Assembly (NCBI GenBank): GCA_000320545.1
Contig: ADNK01000981.1
Span: forward strand, 1-64,000
DNA length: 64,000 nt
From: Bigelowiella natans CCMP2755
Taxonomy: Eukaryota > Protista > Cercozoa
Reading direction: 5' to 3'
Shown in pieces: positions 26,839 through 40,043 of the stretch (its first letter is position 1; the number at the start of each line of letters is the position of its first letter). The position numbers and the translations under genes were made by a program. The notes beneath the pieces are model-generated. The model ran no database searches. It saw nothing but the letters and a program-made list of their open reading frames with translations, and had not been told where the DNA came from.

Positions 26839-29707
26839 ATGGAAGGAAGGAGTAAATTGATGTCGTCAACCATTGTTTGTTGTATCATGGATATGTGTGT
26901 AAATCAGAGAACACAATTGAGGGGCGGGACCAGGGAATATCCATTGATTATTCCTGTAGCTGCGGCATTCGACAACCGATATGGAACCTCCACTTTTGCC
27001 CTCACGCTGTGGCATTCTCCTGCAATAGATGCAGCATAAAGGAGATGGATACTTACTTTAGTCCAGGGTTGCTGCGTCCGACAATGTCAAATAACGCATT
27101 CGATGATCTTAACAGGTCTTTATTTTCTTTTAAGAGAGCAACGATATGGCATGTCTTCTCTCACTTTCGAAAATCTTGAAAGCATGGAACTGAAGTCTCT
27201 CCTTGTGTTGCCACCACCCTTGCCACCACCAAACAAACAACCAGATGTTCTGAAGAGTGTGAGTGTCCAATTTGCGGCTCTACTCTATGCATCGCCGCTC
27301 TAGAAGCTGGTTATCGATATATTTGCGAGGTAAGGTTCGATTTGTATGGAATAAGATAAAATAGACGTCCAGTGTGCCTAAACTTGATAGATGTTCCTCC
27401 TCTCCTCCTCCTCCTCCTCTCTCCATGAAGTTTTGTAGATGGGATTCGCTTGAAATAGGCCTGGTGAAGAAAGATGCTGCAGATCTCATGAGTGAGAACT
27501 GCAAAATAAATCATAATAATTTCAAGATGATCGTTTGCTAGGAAATGTCGATGTTTTTCGTTCTGTCTCGGCCTTCCTAGCAGCGCGTTGATCACGGAGT
27601 ATCTTAAAAGAGAAAATGTCAACAGCAGTATTATTTATTTTAGTTTTGTGTTTGACGACATATGTCAGGGGAGGTAAGGATGCGCGAGTTGCCCCACCAC
27701 AACGAATTTCTCGCTGCTGTGAAAAGGATTCAAGGGGAGGTTAAAGAGGAAATAGATCCTTACTCTGAACGGGATGGTCAATTTGACGAGATAGAGGAGG
27801 AGGAGGAGGAGGAGGAGGAGGAGGAGGAGGAGGAGGAGGGGAAGGACGAGAAGAAGAAATACAACACGGTGAATAGGATAGTATTGCTTAAAACATTGAT
27901 ACTTATCGTGTAGTCCCTTGGCACACATATCAGGGATGAATACATTGGTGATTTTATTTGTTTTCTTTAGATTGCTGCCAAGTTTAACTAATATCAACGT
28001 TACATTAAGTCTTGTCCCCCCCACCCCCCACACAATGCTTGGTTCACAGACAACGGACGGTGGCCCATCGTTGTTGTTCAAGGGAAAACTACAGCAAATT
28101 GAGGATCGTATCACAAGGAACCGCACTGTACATTATCGCCTAGAAACGGGTACTACCGCTGGGTGTTTGCTATTTTTTTTTCCACATACACATTAAGCAT
28201 ACACCCAAACGCGGTATGGTTCATTGGAAGCTTCTTTAAATAGTTGATCAAGGAACAACCGAGGAAAAGATAGCTAAAAATGACCCTCTAGCCGAAAGAT
28301 TACGAATGTTTGATCTGACGACAATTGAGCAGCGCTGTCAAAATCCTGGCTCTCAGACTCAGTATGTGCACAGTAAAAAAAAGACACGGTTGCACCTGAT
28401 GATATACTGATATCAGTATTCATTAGTAACACTTCAGAGCAACACTGACATTTGATTGAATGTAGTAGTAATTCTCTCGTTCTCGATGCTTTAATCTTTG
28501 CTGAACAAATGGATATTTTTTGGGTTTTTGCTGACTTGGAATACTCAATCACCTGACATCATTTCCAATTCTTCAAAAAATAATTTGTATTTCCTTCAGC
28601 TTTCAACTGTGGTGAATTTTATCTTGCAACATATTCTGTGGTTGTGTATCATACAAACTACTCATAAAAGGTACATACGATCATTGTACCCTCGACGAAA
28701 ACCTCTGATGACAAAAGTAGCACATCGTTCCCCCCTCTCCCGTAAATACGTGGTGAAGCCAAAGATCGGTGCGAGCAGTCATAAAAAACCATTTGACAAG
28801 TGCTTCTTGGCTATTGATGTTATTCCAAGAGCTTATATTGAATTCCCTGAAGAGGTGGGGGGAGGAAACCATGGTAGAAGTAAGTTGACGCTAGGAAAAG
28901 CATTGAAGACGATTTTATACTTGAAAAATCCCGGTAGCATTCCTGTAGAGGTTGTTTTGAAACCGCGGAGCGGTGGTAGAGGAGGAAAATGTGATGACGG
29001 AAAAGGGGAGGGATCCGCTGAGTTGAAAGAAGAGAAGCAACAGAATGAAGGGGAGCAAGAGAAAGAAGAGGGGGTTAGGAAGAACAGGTTCGGAACCCAA
29101 GTCGACATACCGATCAATAAGGTGATATGAAGAAGACTTGAGATTATATCGTACCAAGTTGGTTGACAATTAATATACATAAATAGGTTACAATACCAGC
29201 ATACGACTCTGTGGTAGAGGACTTAATTCAAAGCATGGCACCGGATGTAAAGAAAGAGCAGGTATGCAGTTTGTTTCCCAGACAAAGTATCTACAATACA
29301 ACGCGTGATTTCTACAAAATTTCCAACCAATCTAATCGATATAAAAAGAGTGACTTCTAGTTTAATATATTATAAAAATCATCGAAAGTAAAGCACAAAA
29401 TCATCGGTTTTCAGCCGCAGGATTGTATTTCAAGATCCTTATCAGTATATCAGCGGTGTTTTTTTGACATCAAGATTTTATTATTTTTTCTTTTAATGAA
29501 TAGGATGGTTTGGTTACCTTCCAAAAGTTGAGTAAACTAGGAATCCCGATCGAGATTCTACCGGCTGTATCAGACTCGAACGGAAACATCACCTTTTCAT
29601 TAGATGTAATTTTACGGCCCAGACCAAAGGCTCAGAGTGTGACGAGGCTACAATTTCGAAGCTTTACCTACGTAATGCACTTTAATCTAGGACAATGCGA
29701 TGCATAA
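26839..29707 (+). CDS. DCTN4: Dynactin subunit 4 (p62), multi-exon; start codon approximate
   Basis: YSCSCG...LHFCPH...CNRCSIKEMDTY, NR|CSEECECPICGSTL, LYPRRKPLMTK...VVKP, LYLKNP, VTIPAYD, C-terminal HFNLG follow the p62 layout. Confidence 0.78.
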
Positions 29708-29814
29708 TTGTCATCATGATTGCACATGCTATGTGTACACCACAACAGTCTAGCAGTACATCGATCCATATCAAACACATACTAAATGTTATATCATTAG
29801 AAATGAGATGAACA

Positions 29815-29862
29815 GCGTGTGTGGGCGAACATTTGTGTGCGTGTGTGGGCGAACATTTGTGT
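29815..29862. repeat. Perfect 24-bp tandem duplication (gcgtgtgtgggcgaacatttgtgt x2) in the DCTN4-MAT spacer
   Basis: Directly visible; followed by an imperfect 13-bp duplication catgtgatgtgca/catgtgatgcgcg. Confidence 0.9.
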
Positions 29863-30305
29863 GCATGTGATGTGCACATGTGATGCGCGTACGTACATGC
29901 TAACACTCGCCGCATGGATGTGTGCTGCGAAATGTTTGAGCAATGAAACCACATGTGCTCATCGATCATGCACATCACTATATACTATGTGACGCAGAAT
30001 CTTCTTAGTATCAGTTCTAGAATTGCTTTACATTGTACATGACAAGAAATGCAACCTACATGTAATTGTAGCTACAACTAGAATGCGAAAAAATATAAAA
30101 AGCTTTGAACAGTTGTCGCAGCTAGGCAGCGTTGATTTGCCTGCTGCTGTCGTTCACGCGCTTACAACAATTTACAAATACCCACTGCTACATATGCGCC
30201 ATGGACTTGTTCTTCGATAGACGACACATGGCATGATACTCGTGTTATTGAATTACTAATACATTTGTGATCATGTCGACTTCACATCAGTTTCACGTCT
30301 AACGC

Positions 30306-31502
30306 TTACTCCTTCTTGAGGCAGGTAAGGTCCAATTCTTTTGGCTTTTCCCAAAGGAATTCAGGCTCAGGACGTCCGAAGTGGCTGTATGCAGCAGTCT
30401 TCTGGTAGATAGGTCTCTTAAGATCGAGCTCCTTAATGATAGCACCAGGCTTGAGATTGAAGTTAGCCTTCACAATTTCAATGAGGTGCTGATCAGTGTA
30501 TCCCTTAGCGCAGGATCCGTATGAGTCAACGAAAACGGAAAGAGGATCAGCGATACCAATAGCGTAAGACACCTGAACGAGGCATCTGTGGCAAAGCTTT
30601 CCAGCAACAAGGGACTTTGCGATCCAACGAGCAGCGTATGCAGCGGAGCGGTCAACCTTTGAAGGATCCTTTCCGGAGAATGCTCCACCACCGTGTGCTC
30701 CCCATCCACCATAGGTATCGATGATAATTTTACGGCCAGTAAGACCAGCATCACCGTGAGGTCCTCCGATGACAAAGCGTCCGGAAGGGTTGAGGATGAT
30801 CTTGGTCTGTGCGTCCATGAGCTTGTCTGGCATAACCTTGTCAATAACCTCAGCCTTCAGGTCCTTCTCAATATCCTCATTGCTGACGGTCTCATCGTGT
30901 TGGGTTGAGATGAGAATAGTGTGGATACGCTTAGGAATCATTTCTCCCCCCTTGCCCTTGACGTACTCAATGACAACCTGGGTCTTTCCATCAGGACGCA
31001 CCCACTTGAGGATACCCTGCTTACGCACATCGGTAAGTCGCTTTCCAAGCTGGGTTGCAAGCATGTGTGTAAGAGGCATGAGAGTCTTTTCGTCCTCATC
31101 AGTAGCGTAACCAAACATATGTCCCTGGTCTCCAGCTCCAATTTCGTCATCTTCCTTGTCGACGTGGACACCCTGAGCAATATCAGGTGACTGCTGCTCG
31201 ATTGCAACGAGGACAGTGCACGTCCTGTAATCAAGACCCTTTTTCTCGTCATCATAGCCGATCTGTTTCAGGGTTTCACGGACAACCTTTTCGTAGTTAA
31301 CTTGGGATTTGGTGGTAATTTCACCAAAGATCATAACCATACCGGTCTTGGTGCAGGTCTCGCAAGCAACCTTGGAGTTTTTGTCGCCAGCAAGGCAAGC
31401 GTCAAGGACTGCATCCGATACTTGATCACAGATCTTGTCAGGGTGACCCTCGTTTACAGACTCAGAGGTGAAAAGGAAAGGAAAGCTTTTTTCTTCTGCC
31501 AT
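30306..31502 (-). CDS. MAT: S-adenosylmethionine synthetase (canonical MAT type), single exon, 398 aa
   Basis: Uninterrupted ORF from [23 protein letters not shown] with [34 protein letters not shown] and [16 protein letters not shown]. Confidence 0.98.
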   Translation of the reverse strand: MAEEKSFPFLFTSESVNEGHPDKICDQVSDAVLDACLAGDKNSKVACETCTKTGMVMIFGEITTKSQVNYEKVVRETLKQIGYDDEKKGLDYRTCTVLVAIEQQSPDIAQGVHVDKEDDEIGAGDQGHMFGYATDEDEKTLMPLTHMLATQLGKRLTDVRKQGILKWVRPDGKTQVVIEYVKGKGGEMIPKRIHTILISTQHDETVSNEDIEKDLKAEVIDKVMPDKLMDAQTKIILNPSGRFVIGGPHGDAGLTGRKIIIDTYGGWGAHGGGAFSGKDPSKVDRSAAYAARWIAKSLVAGKLCHRCLVQVSYAIGIADPLSVFVDSYGSCAKGYTDQHLIEIVKANFNLKPGAIIKELDLKRPIYQKTAAYSHFGRPEPEFLWEKPKELDLTCLKKE

Positions 31503-32081
31503 GGTGTTAGAGGGGGATGTATGGGAAGTGTGCGTATCCCTGCGGACAGAAGAATTCAGACTTACTGCGGTGAAGCTGTGAACGCAGGACACGTGGCAGA
31601 GACTAATTTAAATGTACGACTGCAAAGATGTTTCATTAAAGGTAAAATTAAATGGTATTTTTGCAAAACTTATTGCACACGTTGTGTTACGTCAACCTAT
31701 TGGCTCGTGACATATCCGTTCGTGCAAAGTCGTCGGAGAAATATTCATATCTAAATGTGTAAATATAGGGACAAATATTATCCTTTTTTGTCTTTAAATA
31801 ACAGTTCTTGACACAAATAATTTAATTTTGTATTTTAATTATAGAAAGGGATAAATATCGGAGCAAAAATTACATATCTTAAATTATTTAAAATGTCCGA
31901 GTTTAAAATCGCATGTTTTTCCACTTTTCCTCACGATTATTAGATACGTGGCTTTTGGACCTCCGGTTTTCAGCCGAATCAACCCGCATGCGACGTGGGC
32001 TGCGTGATTCGAATTTGAGATAGATATCTTGTCGCATATCTGCGAAAAAGGGAAAAGAATCCTAAAACAGCATTATTTATC

Positions 32082-32093
32082 ATGACGTAATTA
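32082..32093 (+). promoter_or_regulatory. Candidate bZIP/CRE-like promoter element ATGACGTAATTA
   Basis: Identical 12-mer at 43250-43261 upstream of katanin; TGACGTAA also on the - strand at 31687-31694 upstream of MAT. Confidence 0.35.
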
Positions 32094-32451
32094 TAATTTT
32101 ACCTTTATTTTCTGAATACATTGTAGAGTTTTTGCCCTCTCTGTGCTTCCATTGCCACGAGTCAGCAGTAAACATGTAATCGAAATAAATGCCCTGTATT
32201 TCACCTATTTTCCCTCTTATATCCACGAATTTTGTTTTCTTCTCAAAAAGCTTCCGCACGGGAAAATTCTGTCTGGGATATCCCCGTGGAGGTGAATAAA
32301 AGATCTCGAAAAATCTCTGTCATAGGGAAAAGGAAGAGTGAAGTTGGGATTTCTTCCTAATGATATTTCTTCCTTCTCGGCAGGAGCAACAACCTAACTC
32401 TCATCAGACTTGAGCACAGGAAACGTCAAGTAACGAGCAACTAGAGGGGGG

Positions 32452-33245
32452 ATGGCGAACCGCCGAAAGAGCAGCTTTAGGTCCAATCAGGAGGTAAAAT
32501 AATGATTTTATATCGGTGAATTTTCACGACAACAAAAAAATTCGTTTGGTGCGGCTTGTGCACTCAAATTAGGAGGATAATCCTTTTCGAATTGCATCAA
32601 ATGATGATGTCTTCGAGCTCCGCGATCGCGAGAGGAGGGCAAAGGAAGCTGAGCGGAAAAAACAGAGAGTAAACCCATTCTAACTGAGACCTGTCGTGGT
32701 GCCTAAAAATAATAACCGCCAACCACCTTCAGAAACTTAAAATCTGGGAGAAGAATCCAAAGCCGGCGTATCGCTTGGTAGTGAAAAGCAACATCAGGCC
32801 GAAGAAGGTGCTGGTCGCCAAAATTTCGAAAAATTTAGAGATGATAGTAGATGTAAAAGTGTATGACGACCTAGCATGACACGTGAATGGATTTGAAAGT
32901 AGAGAAAGCGAGGGGGAAAGCGTGCAAAAATCTGATTGGAAATGCACTCTCAGAAGCAGGTTCAGAAACGGCGACAATCGAGGAGATCGCAGGAAACCTT
33001 GCCAGAGTTCATAAGCAAGAAACGAAATATGTTCCTCATGCAAATGTCTCTCAACACAAAGAAAGAAGAGATAAAAAAGGTAATTTCGTTTTTATTGGTG
33101 TGAACAACAATTCGATGACACCTGAATCAATTTAGTTGGAAGATAAAGCACAAATGAAAGATGAGGCCCTTGATCGGTCTGAAAAGGTTTCTATTCAAGC
33201 CATTAAACATTATTAGTATTAATCATACACATGAACACACACACA

Positions 33246-33287
<42 letters not shown>

Positions 33288-33592
33288 GTATGAATAACAA
33301 AGAAACAAGAACATATGAAGCTTAACGTTTTTTCGTATCCTGTTTCATCTCCCTGGATTGGATGTAATCTGTTTGAGAGCTTGATATTTCGATAAGTCAC
33401 CACCATCTTATGTGTTGCTTCTTTTTTATTTGATAGATGCTCGAGCAAGATGCAGCGAAGTTTGATCTATTTCTGAAGAAAAACGACAAGGACGCTCACG
33501 ATGCATTTATGGCTGCAAATCGGGAAATAAAGAAAAAACAAGAGAAGGTGGCTCTCGCTGCTCAAAAATGGACGAAGCAACAACATCTCATC

Positions 33593-33641
<49 letters not shown>

Positions 33642-34439
33642 TTTTTCAACCCTACCCCCCATCTTCTTTCTCTTGTGCATATTTCTATGTAAGTGTTTGT
33701 GGGAGGTTAAAGATGTGATTTCCGGGTTGTATCGATTATGCATCTAATACGGTTTTCATCTAGATCGAAGAGCTGAAGAAACTCACCATAGAAGCCAGCA
33801 AGATTGAAAGCGAAATCAGCAAACTCAACGATCGTCTTTTCGAGTGTGAGAAGTATAAGACATTCCTTCTCGAAGTAATACTCATGCTAAGAGCAATGGA
33901 TAGAGATCAAATTTGTCACAATATTTCCTATGAGTTTCGTCCTTACATTACGCAATCGATCGGCAGGTTGCTGAGGACGCGCGAGGCACAGACAACAATG
34001 AATCCCAGGCTGCTGGCGGTGATGGAGAAGGGAATGATGATGATGAAAACGATGCTACTGCTAAGGAGGATGACGACGAAATACTACCCTTCACAGAACC
34101 ACGGCAGCTTATGGGTGTCTTTGCACAGCAGGAAGTAAGCTGTCTGTCGTCTTTTGCATGCAATTTGAATCAATCATGTAATAAGAAGATGTAGTGCTCT
34201 GTACTCCTTCAACATGTCCGATAAGTCACTATCGACGCTTCTGCTGTCCAATATTAGTCTGGTTTTATGATATTGTTTCTTTATGCTATGCTTGCACTGC
34301 ATTTCATATATTTCTCACTTATATACTTTCATCATGTATTAGCTATTAGCGCATCCTTAACCATATTTTCTCTTTTTGACTATCTGCAGGAGGCAAATCT
34401 CTTCAAGATTCAAATATCCCAGCGAAATGAAATAGGTTA

Positions 34440-34499
<60 letters not shown>

Positions 34500-34953
34500 A
34501 ATGAAATATATTGTGTAAAAGTTACATTTCCTTATGACATTTGTCCACCTTCCTCCCCTCTCTGAATACAGAACTCGAACAGCTTCGAATGAGACATAGA
34601 AAGAGTCAAGAAATGGTGAAAGTGCAGAACAGTGAGGCCCAGGGCAACATTAAGGTTTGTTTTGAATAAGAAAGGTTGATTGCATACACAATTTACGGGT
34701 GAATATATAATCAAATGATCCTATTTAATTCGATACTCACACACATAGAAGCATACATACACACCGCACTGCATGTGTTCTAAATACAGGAAATTCATGC
34801 GAAGATAGACGCACAGCTACACAGTATAAATTCTTTGCGGAATGGAGGATATAATGAGGACGATGCAACGGCCGACATGCTCTCGCCCTTCATAAAAAAG
34901 CTAGAGTCCCAAATAAAGGTGGTAGTGTTGTCAACTATTCTCAGATTCTGGAA

Positions 34954-34994
<41 letters not shown>

Positions 34995-35121
34995 GCCTAT
35001 TTTGTCTCGGTGCGCAAGTTTCTCTCTCTCTTTCTGTGTGTTTGTGTGTGTGTGTGCGCGCGCGTGTGTGTGTGTAACAGCGCATCTTGATGAAAGGTTA
35101 TTATATAACTACACAACAGAA

Positions 35122-35163
<42 letters not shown>

Positions 35164-35179
35164 TAGAAAGAGCTGAAAG

Positions 35180-35221
<42 letters not shown>

Positions 35222-35867
35222 ATTTGTTGAGCAGAGTGTGTTCGATGCGTGTGTCAAGACCATGGAATCCGACCCCATCTTACAGCTAAAGGAGATTGAA
35301 GTGAAAGTATCATGCTCCCTTCCCCTCTCCCCTCCTCTCTCTCTCTTTCTTTGTCAGTAGCAAATATCTTGAACAGCGACAGATACAAAACTTTCTATCG
35401 ATAATTCAGCCATTATTTTTGGGATTCTGTACATCTCGTGATTTTTCCCGAAAGATCGTTCATATATATATTATCATCATCATCATCATCGTCGTCGTCA
35501 TCGTTGTCATCAATACTATGTGTTTGTAGGTGGACACCTTAATAGATGTCATTCGTGGCATTAATACAGGAGAACGAGGCCAGCTTGAAAAGCGGAAGGA
35601 AGACGAGGTTTTGCTTACTATTGAAACAAATATTTCGATGAAATGGACATTTCACACAGTTACTGCCTGTACACGCTTCATTGAAATGTTAATTAACAGA
35701 GACGAGCCAATAACCGGGAAATCAAGAAAGCAGAGATAGAGCGAGCTAACATAGGCAAGAAATACAATTCTGACTACATGCTTTCTGATCAAATTAGATT
35801 ATATGCTTTTCTTCCTACATAAAATATTTATGTTCATAGAATATACAAATATATACAAATATAGATA

Positions 35868-35911
<44 letters not shown>

Positions 35912-36258
35912 CGCGCGCGTGCGCGAAACTTGGGAATTTATCGAAATATGGTACATAGAACGTGCGGAGAAATCTAAAGCTCGAATGCAAGCGGAAACGT
36001 TCAAGCGGACTGGGAAGGCCCTCATGCCAAGAATCAGATTTCGAAAATACAAGAAGAAAACAGAAATCAAGTAAATATTAATTGTTCTTCTTTCCGTTGC
36101 CATGCCCAAATTTCGAAACATTGTTTATCGTTCGTTGCAGTGAATGAACTGTCTGTGCTTCTTTGTGGTGTTTGTTCAAACAATCTTTTAGGGATGAAAG
36201 CAACGATCAGGAGAGATTGGAGCACATCCAATATTTCACTGATTCTGCAATGGCTTAG
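32452..36258 (+). CDS. CFAP100: CFAP100/CCDC37-like coiled-coil flagellar protein (DUF4200), multi-exon
   Basis: EDNPFRIASNDDVFELRDRER, LKIWEK, EFISKKRNMFLMQMSLNTKKEEIKK|LED, MLEQDAAKFDLFLKKND, YKTFL, KRTGKALMPR, C-terminal QYFT. Confidence 0.8.
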
Positions 36259-36633
36259 TTCGATGAAGAAGTCGTTGCGAGACGTGCATATGTGTGTCCC
36301 CGTAGCATGACAACCTGATCGACATGCGATGCACATGAGCTGAAGCTTTATACTGAGTCTAGGTGCAAGATGTTATCAATTTTGAGCATTCATTACGATT
36401 CGTCCATTCCATGCAGCGCATGCATGCTGCCTACTAGCCTGGCCTAGTCATCTAGACATGTGTATATGAAATAAAATTTGCGGGCACTACGGTGCGCAGC
36501 CAAGGTACGTGGGAAGTCATGTGCTGCCTATCGCATCTGTCCCATCGCATCGCGACTCGATCAGCCCTGAGCAGAGGTCTGTAGAGGTTGTGGCTGTTGT
36601 CCGGCCGTGCATTGCATGCCATATGCGGGCTAT

Positions 36634-37041
36634 CACAAGTCCGTCAAACCCGGTAACGACGGGGTTGTGAACAGTGCAGCGCTTTGCGACGCGCTTTGAA
36701 GCAGCAGGCAGTTGCAGTTAGTCAAAGAAAAGTCATCAGAACTTGTCCGATGGCCAAACCTCAAAAAATGACCGAAATGTTAACCAAAATGTCCATTTTC
36801 AAGGCCTCAAAGTGTGAAAATTCGCACCCGTTGTGCAGCGGATGCACGCTGCGTGTTTGTTCTCTGCCACATTTTGAATGCTTTTGCGTGTGCGTTTGAC
36901 CAAGTGTGATGTGCACGAAAAATTTCAAAGAAATGCGAGCAAATCCAATGTCCATCATTGCATCACATGACGCGCTTGGTCGCGCGCAAAAGCTTCCAAA
37001 TGCACACTCTGGCGATTCGTTACAGGTTTGACGGACTTGTG
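36634..37041. mobile_element. Non-autonomous TIR DNA element (MITE-like), 408 bp
   Basis: Perfect 17-bp terminal inverted repeat cacaagtccgtcaaacc (36634-36650) / ggtttgacggacttgtg (37025-37041), extending imperfectly to ~25 bp (gtaacga). No transposase; no intact TSD. Confidence 0.75.
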
Positions 37042-37674
37042 TGCGCTGTGTGTATGTGCTTCATTGACTTTCGTTCGCGCAAGCACATGCATGTGCATCA
37101 CGCATAGCTAGCCGCCACAAAAAACTGGATTTAGCTAGTGGTGAAAGAATGGGATGCGGATGATTTGGATTCCGAATCTGATTCGTCTTATAGTCTCACA
37201 TACCGCGGCCACCGCATGGCTTGCATTGCGCAGCGTGATGTGCACTGTTATAGACATGTAATACCATATATATAACATATGTGCTATTACTGTGTCTATT
37301 ATCACTTTTATCTAGCTGCGCGCCCCAGCATCTAGTGGCCGTCTAGAATGTGTAGTCTGTCTAGCTGTGCTAGAGACGATTTAATATAAACATCTACACT
37401 AGCTAGCTAGTCTCCCGCGGTATGAATGTGCTCAACCTACACGCTACTACAGCTAGCTCCGGCGGTAGTATCAATCAGTGTATGCTAGCTAGACGAGAAA
37501 AATTGAAAATTGTTACTAGATTACTATTCGGAAATCATCAGAGAGCAATCATTAGAGAGCAACGATAGGCAAAAGTTTAGTCAGGGTTGTACGCCGTATC
37601 AATTGAATAATATGTAAAGGGGACTTAGTCTTCCCAATACGCACGTTACGTCCAAGTGACCAAGCATAGAATAC

Positions 37675-40043
37675 TTATCGCTCTGCTCGCTTCCCCTCTT
37701 CCTCAATTACTATGTCAACTGACATTGGTTTGAAACTCTGACTGCTGGTCGACATCTTTCCAGATTTTGAGAACCGCCGTGAACCACGTTTCTCTTTCTT
37801 CGTGACTTTCTTAGCCTCTGGATGCTTCTCATTCTTAGCATCAAACGCTTTTGCACTCTCGAAGTCAGCGATGGCTGATAGTCAAATCAGAATTTCGAAT
37901 CATATGCCATCGGATGTTAATATACATTCACAGAACAGGAATGGATGGGTTAATTTTGAATTTTGATGTGAGGCTTATTGGCTGCTACCCTTTTTAATAG
38001 CTTCGGGGCCCTTGCTAATCAATCCAACAGGGACTTTTTGATTCTTTGGCAGAAGTTGTTTTAAAGTCAAGATGCTCTCGTTATTTTGCCTATTCAATGG
38101 TATTGAGAAAATCTTCTGTTAAATTTGTTGTCCAAGATTCGAGACGTAAAACAAGCTAGGGAAGACAGAGAACAAAAAGTGGAGAAGCTGTAAGAAGAGA
38201 TTAAGCATGTGGATGGAGGTGGGATGGAGGAGGGATGGAGAAGGTATAAATCTCTCCCGCATATCGACCGTAAAATCTTGTAGACACGAAGAATCCTGCT
38301 CACTGCCATGACTTTTTTCTTCAGCATACCCCCCCGTTTTTCCAACATCGTTGATTCATGTGTTTCCTCGTCGTCACAGTTGTAGTCCAGCACGCTATGG
38401 AGCATGTCGGTAACTGAAAATAGTAGCAACAGTACCGGGCTGTTGTTAGATTTTGCAGCATAGAGCGAGTGAGCTTCACAATATCTACAATGTTTTCTTA
38501 CCTTTCTCTGCTACAAACGGAAGAGACCACTGAAACACGTCCATGAAGTTGGGCAAATAATATGGATGAGGCGTCTCGATGAATTGCTTTATGTTCAGAA
38601 CGTTGTTGTCAAATTTAAGACATGCCGCCTTGTTCTTGTAAACATCGCAGTAATTTGGTGCCGAGAATATCGTGATCACTCGAGGAATCTTTGACTGCAG
38701 GTTTACCATCTGCATCTTGTATCCATCTACCTGTGCCTCGTGGGCGCGTATGATAGATGTCATCTTATTTTCTTCCAAAAATTGCTTGACAGCCTCAACA
38801 CCATACACATAGGAACACTGGCGAGTCTTGTTGTAACCAAACCACGTTGTTTCCGCCGGAGAGTCGTCTTCGCTATCGCTATCATCATCGTTGTTGATAT
38901 CCCTTCCGCTTTTTTCATCCTCAAAAGGATCGGACCATAGCAAGTCGCACATTGGGCCGTCTCTTGGAACTTCTCGAAAGCGATGTATATCGTCAATCTC
39001 CTCGATCTGGCAACAAATATCCACTTCGAATTAGAGGGAGAGACAATGACTTATTATTTGGAATTGTACCGTAGTGATGTCAGGAGACAAACCCCCGTGA
39101 ACACAGAAGAAGGATTCGTTAACAATCGCAGCGAGGGGCAAGTTATCGAACGCGTCCATAATGGCCTCGTAGAGTTTTTCACTATACTTGTACAAGCCTT
39201 GATTTAAAAGAGGAAAAACAGTGACTTTATCATTCTTTGGTATTATAATAAATTGTTAAGCTACATTCGTCCTTGAAGTTGAAGAAAGCACTTAGTTGCC
39301 TGCACTCGTGGTTACCACGAAGCATGAAGAACGACTTTGGGTATGTGATTTTCATGGAGAGTAGCAACATCACACACTCTGTTGAGAAGCATCCTCTATC
39401 CACATAGTCTCCCAAAAAGAGATACTGAGTTTCTTTGGGGTCCCCGCCCACGTTAAACAGCCGAGCCAGATCAAAATATTGCCCGTGAACATCTCCGCAA
39501 ACTGTGGTGATGGAAATGTATTAAGAGACTGCATGACAACCATGTCCATTTAAAGATATACATTTCATCATTAAAAATCAATCCTTCAATCAATAATTGT
39601 GGATGACCGGTGACTGGGTATTTGAGATGGAGCACATTAGGCTCTGATTTTAGAACTTCTGCCGCGCGCTTGATAATATCCAGAAACACATCTTCCTCTA
39701 TCCTCCCCTCTTTGAGTAAGTGTGCTTTTATTACTTCTAGATCAGGCGTCTAATTTACAAGATGAAAGTTTGGACTCTGAATAGAAAACTGGCAACGAGC
39801 AGTGGCAACTGATTAGTATCGAAAGAAATGAAGAACCTTTGCTCCGTCAGGGAAGATCTCTTTCCTTGAAAGCGGGAATCTTGGAGGAGCAACGACATCC
39901 TTCATGACTCTATCATCGCCATCTTGATTCGACGACGAGGTTTCATTTTTACCCTGTCCGCTATCAGCTGTCTTAACTTCCATTTCCTCCCGCTCCTTCA
40001 ATGTGGAATTACTTTGGGATAGGGAATCTGGGTTCAGATACAT
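37675..40043 (-). CDS. CNA1: Calcineurin A (PP2B catalytic subunit), multi-exon with short introns
   Basis: [45 protein letters not shown]; CnB-binding [23 protein letters not shown]; calmodulin-binding [19 protein letters not shown]; autoinhibitory [15 protein letters not shown]. Confidence 0.97.

Noticed and set aside
30470-31754. Alternative-frame and antisense ORFs over MAT
   Set aside because: Expected shadows of a codon-biased, highly conserved CDS.
37310-37495. CTAG clusters as Helitron 3' ends
   Set aside because: No convincing subterminal hairpin or 5' TC end was identified, and the density is too high for single termini.
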